64,000 nucleotides of DNA. It comes from a virus. Made by a program: the position numbers and the translations under genes. This document shows, piece by piece, positions 19,401 to 28,358 of the stretch (position 1 is its first letter; every line of letters begins with the position of its first letter). The notes beneath the pieces were generated by a model, which saw only the letters and a program-made list of their open reading frames with translations, was not told the DNA's origin and did no database searches. The stretch is taken from the IMG/VR virus record IMGVR_UViG_3300007754_000004, positions 20,413 through 84,412 of that record; one strand, given 5' to 3'.

Positions 19401-22400
19401 AACCTGCTCAATTTCCTGATCCGAAGCAGCGACCACGACGGTGACCGTGTCAATCCGATCACCGAAGCCGTTGGAGGTACCGTTCACCGTGTCCGCTTCC
19501 GGGTCTTCGCTCACGTCCACGTAGGGCCCGATATCGTAGACCACCTGAAGCTCGTTGGTCACGCCCCCGTGGTTGATGGTAATGCTCCCGTTGATCGGAC
19601 CGCGGGTGCCATTCCCCAACTCTCCGGAGAGGGTGTTCACGTTCGTGTAAGCGAACTCTCGACCCAGGTGCCCGGCGGTGAAGAAGCACCCGTTGGACAC
19701 ATCCTCGATGACCATCCCATCGAGGATCCGCATCTGCTCCGCGGTCCCGCTATTGGGGTAGTCCCCCGTAACGCTGCGGCTGCGAGAGTGCCGGTACGCC
19801 TGAGACAGGACCCCCGGACCTGCTTCGTGGGAAGCCGGCCCTTCGGTCCTGTCCCCATCCTTGGTCCTCTCCGCGGAAGAGAAACACATCTCGGGGCTGA
19901 TTCCGAAATCCGTGGTCTTGTTGGCCCGGAATTCATACAGCGGGGTGTCCGTCGGGGTGCTTCCCACCGCGGTGTCGGTGACGAAATCCGCCCACCCGCT
20001 ACCCGCCATCGTCGGGGGGCCCTTCGGGAGGAGGAGACACTCCCCGAATGTCGGGACCTCAATCCCACGGATACCCGAGCTGGGTGCCCCCAGAAGGGCG
20101 TTCATACCCTGGTGACCACCCTTGGCGTCGATTACCCGGAAGGGCCTCTCATAGCGGACGGTACCCGGCGAGCGGAACCTGATGCCCGACCAGGGAGCCG
20201 GGAAGAGGCTGTCATTCGGTGTGATGTGGATATTGGGTTCGTCCGTACCTCCCAGATCAGGACTGGTCCTGGCGATGAGCAGTCGGGCGGGGCTCGCGAA
20301 TGAACTCGCCGCGACAGCGTTCTCCTTCAACCTGAAGGGCAACCCCTGAGCCGCTCGGGCATCTTCAAACTGGAGAGAGCCGTGGGGGCCTACGACCGTG
20401 GCGTCCTCAAAGAATTCAACAGTGTTGAACGTAGAGGGGACGCTGGGGGCCCCGTGGCTCCGAGACCTGAAGTGGGAGGTCAGGGGCCACGCCGACGCCT
20501 GACCGACGACGGAGAATCCCGCGAGGGTCTCCATCTCTACCGGACGGGGAGTTGCCCGGAAGGCGGAAGCCATCACCAGACCGAGGCCGCCATCCAACAG
20601 GACACCGGGACCAAGTCGCTGAGTGTGTCCGACGAAGCTGACACGCCCCGCCCTGTCCATCGCGAATTCTCCCCAGGTGCTCGCAGAGGAGAGGTCGTCG
20701 AGCCCGTCAGCCCGAGCCGTCGCATGGACTACCGCTCGGGCATAGACGTGGTGGGTGGTGGTCGTGCCGGGAGTCCCGGACCAGGAGAACCAAGCGTGGC
20801 TGGTGACCCGTCCCCGGGAGTCTTCAGAGGATCGAATACCCAACAGCCGAGCCGCTCCTGGGAGCGGCCAGCGATCGGTACCCGGACCATCCCGGAAGAC
20901 CGGGATCATCTCCATCGGGAGATCTTCCCGCCCGAGCCAGCTCGGATCCAGGCTCATCCCGTGGATGCCCTGCGGGGCACCAGTCGGAGAACCTCCGGGA
21001 TCCACTACGTCCGCGACGTAAACCTTTTCCGTCGCCTGGATATCCGCGTAAATGCCCCAGGGGTGACCCTGAAGCTGGTTGGCCCGGACACTCTCCGGAA
21101 CAAAGCTTTCAAGGGTCGCCGCGACGTTAGCATCATTCGCAGGCGGGACCGCGTACCTCTCAACGCGGAGCTGGAGGACAGAGACGACGGCGGAGGCCGG
21201 GAGAGTGCCGTCTTCCATGTCCCGGATGTTTGCGGTCGATCCCGTCTGACCGGTCGCGAGGGAAGTCAGAGCCGGGAACTTGCTCTCCAGCTCAGCACTC
21301 AACCCGGACATGGTGATCACCGGAGCCCCGACGATCCTCCACACCCCGTTGTTGTTGTCGCTGGTGTATCCCCCAGACGTATCCTCAAGCTGGAGATACT
21401 TGCCCTCAAGGAAAGGCATCAGGACAGGCATGTCCGGATTGCCAACCCACCACGCTGCCCGAAGAGCACCGATCGCGTCGGCCCCCCGGATCAAGTCGTC
21501 CTGGGTACCGGGCCAGTCAAGCTGACCCGATGCCATGAGGAAGGCGTGGAGGTCGGCCCGGGTCAGACCCAGGCTTACCGTCGCCTCCTGAATGAACATG
21601 GTCTCGGCAGCACTACCCGCTCGTCGAGCAGCTCCGAAACCGGAGATCGCGTGAGCCATCCCGTTGTCGTAGCCACCCGTTGCAGCGGGGCCGACCTCCA
21701 TGAGGTTCCACCCGACGGAGCCCTTAACGGCCAACATCCGACGGACGTAGGCAGTCGCCTGCGTGGAGGCCAGAGGGCGGGGATTGGTCAACCAGATCTG
21801 AGCGTCACCAGACACCCTGAGACCCGCCACACCGCCGACATGGGCTCCCCCGGCGTAAGACCCCTTGGGGAGCCTCTGGAGGCTCTCAGAGGTGCTCTCA
21901 CCGGTCGCAAGGCCCTGATCGTAAACGCCACCTGAGTCCGGGGCGGGCCAGTCGAGGTTACCCAGGGCGACCGAAGTCGAAAAGACCCCGCTCTCAAGGA
22001 AGGTGGTGGTGACCTGAAGAGGGGAAGCCGCGAGACCCTCTCCCACAACCGGCGTGGTAAACGAGACACCGGGGAGAGCTGAAGGCCCGATCAGGCTGAT
22101 GAGGTCTACTCGACCTCCGCCGACCAGGACACCGGAGAATGAAGATGTAGCTGTGGTGTCTGCCGAGCCTCCGTCAAGCCCCTGTCCGTACTCATCCGAC
22201 GTGTTGGTCAGTGCCGTATTGGCGTGCTTCGCCAGTGACCTGAAAGCGGAAGCGAACTGGTTGAATCCCGGTCGGGGAATGATCGAGACTTCCAGGTCCG
22301 TCGAAGCGGTGTTCGCCGTAGGGGAGAACGCTCCAATGGACGTGGGCTGGAAGCCCTGAGGGAGGAGATGACCATCCGTGGTCTCGTAAGTCCCTCGGGA

Positions 22401-25400
22401 GACCACCAACAGCTCGCCCGTGTTGGTAGAAGTATCCCAAGCCAGCACCCGCCCCTCAAAGGCTTCCGTGGTGCCGTCCCTGATGCCCGTAACCAGATCC
22501 CCGGCGGCGATCGAATTGGGAGCCACCGAAGGTGAGTCGAACTCCGTTCCAGTCGCCGTCACCTCGATGAGGAAGGACGGGTAGCCGACCTGGGAAGTCG
22601 CTGTCAGAAGACAGGAGAACCCCATCTCCCCATGCGGGGAGAGACCGTAGCTCACCCAGATATCCGCGAGTCCGGCAGCGGAACCCGTCGTCCGGTCGAT
22701 AACCGTCAGATCCTCGGCACCCCAGACCCACCGGCCCATGTAGCCGTACTCATAACCCTTGTCAGGCCACGCCTGAGCCGGCGTCGATCCCGGCTCCAGG
22801 TCTGTCCCCACTTGGAAGACCGGCGCCCGACGAGGACCAGCGAACCAATCCGAGCCATGCCCGCGAAGGATCTCGATCCGAGCCCGAAGAGGACTCGATG
22901 CCGTGCTCTTGACGCGGTGAGATCCGACGAGATGCCCTAGCGGACGAACACCATTCTGGGAGAAACCGAGATCCGTGGCTCCCGAGTTGGCCGCCGCTTC
23001 CGAAGGGAAGTCACCCGCAACCGGAGGCGAGGGAGTGTCATTGGCGTCGTCCCCGAAAAAGAGCCCACAGGTGGGGATCTCGTAAGGGTCCGGGTCGAAG
23101 TCCCCAGCGAGGAGCCCCGCGATATCCCCTGACGAGTCCTCCGCGTTGACTCGCCCGACCTCAATCATGACATTGTAGAAGTCCTGAGCAGACGCGCTAG
23201 CGTCACCAGAACCCCACCCACCGCAGATGAGGCAGACCGTCTCCGAGCCCGTCGGGTGACGGGCATCCCCTGGTCCAATGAAGAGGAACTGACGCTCTCC
23301 AACAGGGGCTCCAGTCGGAGCCGCGATCGACCCGGCAGCGGCACCGCCAATCCAGGCGTTCGGGGAAGCCGAGACCCCCGCGGGGGTCTCGTAGAACCCC
23401 GCATCGTCCAGCTTGTCCCCAACATACCCGGCGTAGGTGGTCTCGTAGAGAGCCTGATTCAGGAAAGCTGCGACCTCATCCGGATCCGTGGACGTGATCG
23501 TCGTGTCGTAGTTCAGAACGAGGGTAGCCCACTTGCTGCCGTTGTCGTTCTTGGGATCTGCGGAGAACACCGACAGAGCGAACCCAGAGGCCACGCTGGT
23601 GGTGAACGGGTTGAGGGCGTTGATTACCTGAGACTCCAGGTAATACTGAGCCGGGAGGACCCGGACCTGTCGGCCGGACACAAGGAGCCGCTCAGTGGCC
23701 CCACTCCCCTCCGTTGTTGATGGAGAGGAGGCCGGGGTGAGCCCGGAATAATGGCTGTTGATCGCCGTCTGGATATCAGTGGGGCTATCACTCCCCACCG
23801 CCGTGTAAGCGAACCAGTTGAGGGGGTTCGCGGGGGCCTCGGCATACTCCCGGGCGGTGATCAGCTTCCCACCAGCACGCCCGAAGATCTTAGCGTCTAC
23901 CACCAGCCGCACACCGGCTACCAGCGGCGTCCAAGAGGCGTTCTCTGCCGACGCGATGGTGGAGCCTTCCACCACGGCACAGAGCCCCGCCACGTTGGTC
24001 GGGAGAGCCGTCTGGAAGACCGAAGAAGCCTCATCCACCACGAGGTCAAACTGATTCGGCGGGGAGGCAGAATCAGGGATCGTAGCGTTAACCGAAGAGA
24101 CCTGCTCCACTCGGTTGAGGAACCGGGTGCTGGAGAGCGTCCCGGCTGCGAAATCTAGCGACAAGGAGGCGTAGAGACGTCCCCTCGCCACCTCCAACCC
24201 GACCTCGTTGTCCTCAGAGTCCGAAGCCCAGGAGGGTGCTGTGGTCGTCCACCGGTTCGACTTCGTATCGAGGAAGAGACGGGCCACCTCTGACGAGCCG
24301 CCCAGAGGGAAGCCCGCCCTCAACTCCGCCGCCGGCCCCTGGACCGCAGTTGGGGTGATCAGCAGAGAACCATCCGGCTGAGCCGTCAAATCACCGTAGG
24401 CGATTCGCCATGTACCTGACCGCCACTTTGCACCATAGGTGGTATCCAGGCGGAGATCGCCGTCGCCCTTCCTCAGAACCACGGTCGCCGGAACGGTGAA
24501 CGGAATGGCGGCGTCCGTCGCCACACCAGTCAGGTCAAACGTCGTACCCGTGACGTTCCCGAGCCCGGTCCAGAAAATCCGACCCTGGCTCAACCCGAGA
24601 GGGCTTCCCCCCTCGTAAAGCACTTCGGCGGAACCCGTCTCCGGCCAGTTGGCCGAGTTGGTCCCCGTCAAGGTCATAGTGTGCGGGTTGCTGCCAGCCG
24701 CATGAGCAGTCAGCGTCGCGTGAACCCGACCCCCGAACACATCCCGCTGCGTCGCGGAAGAATAGCCCAGGGTCGCGGACTCCAGATCGCCACCCGTGAC
24801 CCGTAGCCCCACGCCCGTCTGCCCTGACTCACGGGAATACGGGACACAGGCAGCGAAGAGCACCACCTCACCCCGAGGGTTGTTTCCCCCGGAACCGATG
24901 ATCCCCGCCGGGACAATCGCCCCCCCGGAGGACGCCGGGGGTGCGTGGGAGAGGTAAACGAGTCCGCCAGCGTAGTCCACCTCGATGAACTGGCTGTCTG
25001 TAGTGACCGAAGGATCGATCACCACATCCCGAGTGTAGATCGGCCGGCTGAAATCCGGGACCGCGTCCCCACCGCCGTCATCCTTCGCAGGGAAGAGCAC
25101 CATCCGGAAGCCCAGGTCCAACAAGCTCCCAGGATCCGCCTGCCCGGTCCCGGATTCTGTATCGAAGATGGACCGATCCGCCCGACCCGGGCTCCCGCCA
25201 GAAGGCACCTTGCCGGAGGCATCGATCTTGGTCGTTCTGCGGACCCACTCCGGATCGATCAGATTCCCGAGCCTCGCCGCCTCAACCCGGTCCAGATCGA
25301 AATCACCCGTGAACAACTCGCTGATGGCATCGTGGAGCGTGAAAGTCACCTCCACCTTGGCAGCACCGGTATGCCCCGTGGTGTCAAAGTAAGGACCGGG

Positions 25401-26672
25401 GCCGAAGAAGTACCGACCCGTCGCCGGGTCCACTTCAGGCAACCTCTTGAGCTGGTACTCGTCCGCGGCAGAGGCGTCCACGATCTCGTAGTAGCCAAGA
25501 AGGGCCGCCTCATCTCCGTGAGACAGGGCCGCCCCGTCTACCAGATTGACACCCGTGACCCGGACAACCTTGCCGGCGTCTCCCGCAACGACAGGGCTCC
25601 CCGCAATATCCTGAATCCGCCAGATCCCAGGACCGTCAGCAGGGGTGCCGCCGCCGTATTCCACCACACCTTGCATGGTCCTGCGGGCTACAGGGATGGG
25701 CGTCGCCGCCTGTCCGCCGTAAGAAGCCACCTCACCTGCCGTTGAGGTAGCCTCAAACCCTCCGTCCTCCCACACCTTGTAAGGAGGGTAGAAGCCGGAA
25801 GAAGCCGTGTTCTCCGGCGGCACCACGACAAAGATCCGCTCCCGCCCCACTGCGGGGCCGGAACCCGGCATACCAACCAGCCTCGTAACCTGAGGCTGGA
25901 AGAGCATGATGGAACGGAGGGCCGGGTTCAAAGGAATCGTGAAGACGCTGGACAACCTCTTTTCAGAGGCCAGCGTGATCACCCCGCCCGTGTAGGAGGA
26001 CACCCGGAAGATTTCAAACCGAGCGGACCCCACATACTTGCTCAGCGGAGTCAGCCCATTGACCCCAGCCGCCAGGGTGCCGTCCACGGATCCCGTGTCC
26101 GAGATCACCAGATAGAGGCCCCCGTTGTAGGCAGAGATCCCCGTCCCGGAGAGGTTGTAGGCTTCTGCGAGATCGGCGGCAGACCGCGAGCCGCTAGGCC
26201 CGTCCGCCATCGTCAGAGTGTCATTGTTCCCTACAGATCCGACCGTCCACTGCCAGTCGCAGAAGGGAGAGGCCTTCGTGGGTCCAATGACATGGAAAGC
26301 GATCGGGTGACCGAGCAGCGAGGGGCCCTTTGGCCCGAACCGATGGGAGCCGTGGTCATAGGGCCTGAAGTTAATCTCAGGGTGGCCCGCGAGACCAAGT
26401 CGAGAGTCGATGGTCTGAACGTCGTGGGGGAACGCCGTCGCTGTCGATCCGCTCTTGTCCGCATTGCTGGAGTCGGGCTCCTGAGTCGCCTGGAAGCTCC
26501 GCTCAAGAGAACCAGCCCAGGAACCAGCGAGACCCGAGACGACCTCACTGCTCTGAATCTGAGCAACGCGGCTCAGATGCTCCTGCCAAGCCTCGCGAAC
26601 GAAATCCGTGGCAGCCCTGTTCTCCAGAGCCTTGCGTAGGCGGATCAGGGTTTCGTCGTCACGAGTCGCCAT
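16434..26672 (-). CDS. giant virion protein (3412 aa; putative tail fibre/baseplate-associated)
   Basis: Uninterrupted 10.2-kb ORF, G/S/T/A/D/P-rich, class B motif upstream, structural context. Confidence 0.8.
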   Translation of the reverse strand: MATRDDETLIRLRKALENRAATDFVREAWQEHLSRVAQIQSSEVVSGLAGSWAGSLERSFQATQEPDSSNADKSGSTATAFPHDVQTIDSRLGLAGHPEINFRPYDHGSHRFGPKGPSLLGHPIAFHVIGPTKASPFCDWQWTVGSVGNNDTLTMADGPSGSRSAADLAEAYNLSGTGISAYNGGLYLVISDTGSVDGTLAAGVNGLTPLSKYVGSARFEIFRVSSYTGGVITLASEKRLSSVFTIPLNPALRSIMLFQPQVTRLVGMPGSGPAVGRERIFVVVPPENTASSGFYPPYKVWEDGGFEATSTAGEVASYGGQAATPIPVARRTMQGVVEYGGGTPADGPGIWRIQDIAGSPVVAGDAGKVVRVTGVNLVDGAALSHGDEAALLGYYEIVDASAADEYQLKRLPEVDPATGRYFFGPGPYFDTTGHTGAAKVEVTFTLHDAISELFTGDFDLDRVEAARLGNLIDPEWVRRTTKIDASGKVPSGGSPGRADRSIFDTESGTGQADPGSLLDLGFRMVLFPAKDDGGGDAVPDFSRPIYTRDVVIDPSVTTDSQFIEVDYAGGLVYLSHAPPASSGGAIVPAGIIGSGGNNPRGEVVLFAACVPYSRESGQTGVGLRVTGGDLESATLGYSSATQRDVFGGRVHATLTAHAAGSNPHTMTLTGTNSANWPETGSAEVLYEGGSPLGLSQGRIFWTGLGNVTGTTFDLTGVATDAAIPFTVPATVVLRKGDGDLRLDTTYGAKWRSGTWRIAYGDLTAQPDGSLLITPTAVQGPAAELRAGFPLGGSSEVARLFLDTKSNRWTTTAPSWASDSEDNEVGLEVARGRLYASLSLDFAAGTLSSTRFLNRVEQVSSVNATIPDSASPPNQFDLVVDEASSVFQTALPTNVAGLCAVVEGSTIASAENASWTPLVAGVRLVVDAKIFGRAGGKLITAREYAEAPANPLNWFAYTAVGSDSPTDIQTAINSHYSGLTPASSPSTTEGSGATERLLVSGRQVRVLPAQYYLESQVINALNPFTTSVASGFALSVFSADPKNDNGSKWATLVLNYDTTITSTDPDEVAAFLNQALYETTYAGYVGDKLDDAGFYETPAGVSASPNAWIGGAAAGSIAAPTGAPVGERQFLFIGPGDARHPTGSETVCLICGGWGSGDASASAQDFYNVMIEVGRVNAEDSSGDIAGLLAGDFDPDPYEIPTCGLFFGDDANDTPSPPVAGDFPSEAAANSGATDLGFSQNGVRPLGHLVGSHRVKSTASSPLRARIEILRGHGSDWFAGPRRAPVFQVGTDLEPGSTPAQAWPDKGYEYGYMGRWVWGAEDLTVIDRTTGSAAGLADIWVSYGLSPHGEMGFSCLLTATSQVGYPSFLIEVTATGTEFDSPSVAPNSIAAGDLVTGIRDGTTEAFEGRVLAWDTSTNTGELLVVSRGTYETTDGHLLPQGFQPTSIGAFSPTANTASTDLEVSIIPRPGFNQFASAFRSLAKHANTALTNTSDEYGQGLDGGSADTTATSSFSGVLVGGGRVDLISLIGPSALPGVSFTTPVVGEGLAASPLQVTTTFLESGVFSTSVALGNLDWPAPDSGGVYDQGLATGESTSESLQRLPKGSYAGGAHVGGVAGLRVSGDAQIWLTNPRPLASTQATAYVRRMLAVKGSVGWNLMEVGPAATGGYDNGMAHAISGFGAARRAGSAAETMFIQEATVSLGLTRADLHAFLMASGQLDWPGTQDDLIRGADAIGALRAAWWVGNPDMPVLMPFLEGKYLQLEDTSGGYTSDNNNGVWRIVGAPVITMSGLSAELESKFPALTSLATGQTGSTANIRDMEDGTLPASAVVSVLQLRVERYAVPPANDANVAATLESFVPESVRANQLQGHPWGIYADIQATEKVYVADVVDPGGSPTGAPQGIHGMSLDPSWLGREDLPMEMIPVFRDGPGTDRWPLPGAARLLGIRSSEDSRGRVTSHAWFSWSGTPGTTTTHHVYARAVVHATARADGLDDLSSASTWGEFAMDRAGRVSFVGHTQRLGPGVLLDGGLGLVMASAFRATPRPVEMETLAGFSVVGQASAWPLTSHFRSRSHGAPSVPSTFNTVEFFEDATVVGPHGSLQFEDARAAQGLPFRLKENAVAASSFASPARLLIARTSPDLGGTDEPNIHITPNDSLFPAPWSGIRFRSPGTVRYERPFRVIDAKGGHQGMNALLGAPSSGIRGIEVPTFGECLLLPKGPPTMAGSGWADFVTDTAVGSTPTDTPLYEFRANKTTDFGISPEMCFSSAERTKDGDRTEGPASHEAGPGVLSQAYRHSRSRSVTGDYPNSGTAEQMRILDGMVIEDVSNGCFFTAGHLGREFAYTNVNTLSGELGNGTRGPINGSITINHGGVTNELQVVYDIGPYVDVSEDPEADTVNGTSNGFGDRIDTVTVVVAASDQEIEQVRRPLVGHRYRITPNVEFVPVLGPRGVGGGLIPPWTDATDPTTSIDSADAIFYSTRYSFKPPGGDFGAGDVGRMIYICGTYNYKYTGWWVVIDVLDNYEVQPAIVNEFDGTGANAALTTSVAVVRKLRREGDAKKHSTTFDGALPLVARAPLLEAASNFRTNQSLMSGTPGDFGNMSLWITDNTGASFYTAGPTILAPGSADPDGIVTLLNSTAAFNGLSTSFGVQFIVWSSNGASLEVTYDLSLLTATQAAQVTGNRAALRVEWLSTSTGHTMPTAGNARDPMSIGFHSYPGHASQLDRGFGDRNNALPIVDNSQHFSRSAAAGLRWVFSAPLTEEHSGSYVHLKRPAKYRFNTLLASQSEAGASLTTKAWVGGNPYPGDDIDEQVDIFRINRCPTTADLILGGDCEEYYTELIKVGRVVSGTNGDSGRGRPLLYSPLGVYGFWPDTVSGEIPSRGHNYVMQYAIQPVARERIVTISPNNMKSSTWVVPGATTSGDVDVGTGPKVMTNTTSGLGFDLSTPWVLMDRSMVSGRTGTLLWNADTGRNYVWTPGPAWWQLWVPSPDNQRDAEEPMPTLRVDLTDAFTQAMQPGGGIASPFPGKQPKGARLLRLWVNFGVWGNNLPSRGEEATPGYVDTSGDPLAPYYMAFNLIVELPGSHAREFKSGISLEEHPYASGPGISPFGGRAPTVMYNHDDNTGTHKAGGAVVVPLYVNREAGDIMPNVMERWVDAGPSNTPGAESDWRTGDPEYGFGCSSESSANDLHGSISYLGNAHNPIVWGSQDFTASVWGARDDSLVLASPLPRSSLTSGGIRSAFTSGLWPDMDDFSGTTPPAVCPQALTGIVVAHGGENPKAPDINAGSAINNVPTTCPHAFTIALTPVGDDFDATDSASIQKFGRRLTPGSFRPKDRPFKVGNWLDYILERYGIAAPSGSMLPPGARVYLEITAGNGDVTNSTGAGCWVGSVKAAFEVETADGTAYVENVNHLGNDR

Positions 26673-26717
26673 GCAATTAGCTCCCGGTAGCCTGAGGCAC
26701 CTCTACCGAAGGGCCGG

Positions 26718-26733
26718 CTATAGCCCTCATATT
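26718..26733 (-). promoter_or_regulatory. putative late promoter, class B
   Basis: AATATGAGGGCTATAG. Confidence 0.55.
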
Positions 26734-26737
26734 GAGA

Positions 26738-26764
26738 GGTAATTTCCAGGGGCCAGATCGTATG
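26738..26764 (+). promoter_or_regulatory. putative promoter, class A
   Basis: GGTAAT-N14-TCGTATG, back-to-back with a class B motif. Confidence 0.55.
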
Positions 26765-27040
26765 ACCCAGCAACCGGAGTAGATAAATGAGTCTCTTCCT
26801 TTCCCTGGTCGTCGGGGCTACCCTGCTCGCCATCCTCCTCGCGGGCTCCCTAAAGCAGAAGCCACGGAAGCCGCCCCCCCTCGCCCTGGTAGGACCAGCC
26901 CCGTACATCGGGCCGGCGACCCACACCCACTCCTCAATGGGGACTCCCTACGGGAAGGAGCTGCCCTGGCAGGAAGCCACCCCGGACGGACACCTCGCGT
27001 GGGCTCACGTCCTGCTGGGCTCCGCTCCGCTGGATGAAGG

Positions 27041-27215
27041 AGCGGGCTACTTCCACAACGTCGGCCACGAAGCTGTCGTGCTGAAGACGGATCTCTCGCC
27101 GGAGCTGGTGGCAGCGTCCATCGCAACCACCTCTGGGCTTCAGGGGCAGGTGCGACGCAGCGGATCCTACCCGAACACCTACCGCTGGATCAGCTACGAG
27201 GTCTCCTCGACGGAG
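27041..27215 (+). repeat. 175-bp direct repeat, left copy
   Basis: agcgggctac...tcgacggag identical to 29974..30148 except G27157 vs A30090. Confidence 0.97.
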
Positions 27216-27254
27216 TCGGACGACTGCTCCATGGAGTGTGTATCCGAAGGTCTC

Positions 27255-28358
27255 TTACCAACCGAGCGAGAGTTGACCTCCAATGCCCTTTCGCACCACT
27301 TTTCCGGTTCTCCGCCGCTCCAAGGCCACCAGCACCGCTTCCCCAAGCCGCCGAGCCAAGAGGGGGGGCACGGCATTTCCCACTTGGTGGGCAGTTGGTA
27401 CAGTCTTGCCAACAAAGATGAAATCGTCGGGGAAGCTCTGAAGACGAGCGGCCTCACGCATGGTGATGTTCCGGTCGGCCACCGGGTGGGCGAAACGGCC
27501 GCGGGTAAAACTATTACACTTGGTGGTGATGGTTCCCGCAGGCTTATCCCAGTGGAGACGACCGTAAACGCCTCGGTGGCCAGCCTTTTCCACGCTGACC
27601 CGGTGACATGGAAGACGGAGTTCCTCGGGGATATCTGCTCGGCCGCCGCCCATTGGGACGTGGGAAATACGCCGGCGATTCTGGGCCGAGATGTTGTCTC
27701 GGTTGTGATTGGGAATTCTGGATGCGGCCTCCGGACGGGCAAACGGACACGGAAGGTCGCCTATAGCGTCACGAACTGTAGACCACGACTCCGAATTGTG
27801 GGTCGGTTCCGGCCAAATGAAAGCCTTGGGGCGATCGACTCGTTCGCCGACCAAAAACGCACGTTTTCGATGTTGAGGCACACCAAAATCAGCGGCATTC
27901 AATGTGTTCACATCGGTTCGGTAACCGAGAGTTCTTGCAAATTCAATCGCTTGAGACAATTGCGCCTTGCCCCTCCTGTTGCGGATGGCGGCGACATTCT
28001 CCATGATGAAGAACTCAGGCTCCATCTCACCAACTAACCGAATGAAATCGAGTACGAGTTGGTTTCGATCGTCTTCGTTGCTTCCCCGTCGCTGTCGGGA
28101 AAAACCCTGACATGGAGGGCCGCCGACAACAAGAGCGGGGTCTCCTCGATACAAATTAGCCTTGGCGAGCAGCATGTCCCCATGTAGCGTCGAGGCATCA
28201 GCCTCCAACACATGGTCGCCGAGGTTGTGGCGGTGGGTTCTGACGGCCTCCGTGTTCCAGTCGAAGGCGGCGCCTAAGCGGAAGCCGGCTTGGAGCAAGC
28301 CAAAAGCGAACCCGCCGGCTCCGGCGAAGCAGTCGATAGCAACGGGAAGGTCGCTCAC
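27255..28358 (-). CDS. DNA (cytosine-5)-methyltransferase 2
   Basis: Motifs DCFAGAGG, GGPPCQGFS, MENV, PQHRKR, REAARLQSFPD, GNAVPP. Confidence 0.95.
   Translation of the reverse strand: MSDLPVAIDCFAGAGGFAFGLLQAGFRLGAAFDWNTEAVRTHRHNLGDHVLEADASTLHGDMLLAKANLYRGDPALVVGGPPCQGFSRQRRGSNEDDRNQLVLDFIRLVGEMEPEFFIMENVAAIRNRRGKAQLSQAIEFARTLGYRTDVNTLNAADFGVPQHRKRAFLVGERVDRPKAFIWPEPTHNSESWSTVRDAIGDLPCPFARPEAASRIPNHNRDNISAQNRRRISHVPMGGGRADIPEELRLPCHRVSVEKAGHRGVYGRLHWDKPAGTITTKCNSFTRGRFAHPVADRNITMREAARLQSFPDDFIFVGKTVPTAHQVGNAVPPLLARRLGEAVLVALERRRTGKVVRKGIGGQLSLGW

Noticed and set aside
18915-21935. Long plus-strand ORFs (462 and 517 aa), and similar ones such as 31570..32649, 59731..60798 and 60974..62194
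   Set aside because: Antisense shadows of GC3-rich virion genes; Arg/Pro/Gly-rich, no motifs or SD.
27216-28037. C-terminal part of the 416-aa ORF 26787..28037
   Set aside because: It is read-through of the interrupted gene into the antisense strand of MTase 2; the true C-terminus is at 30149..30211.
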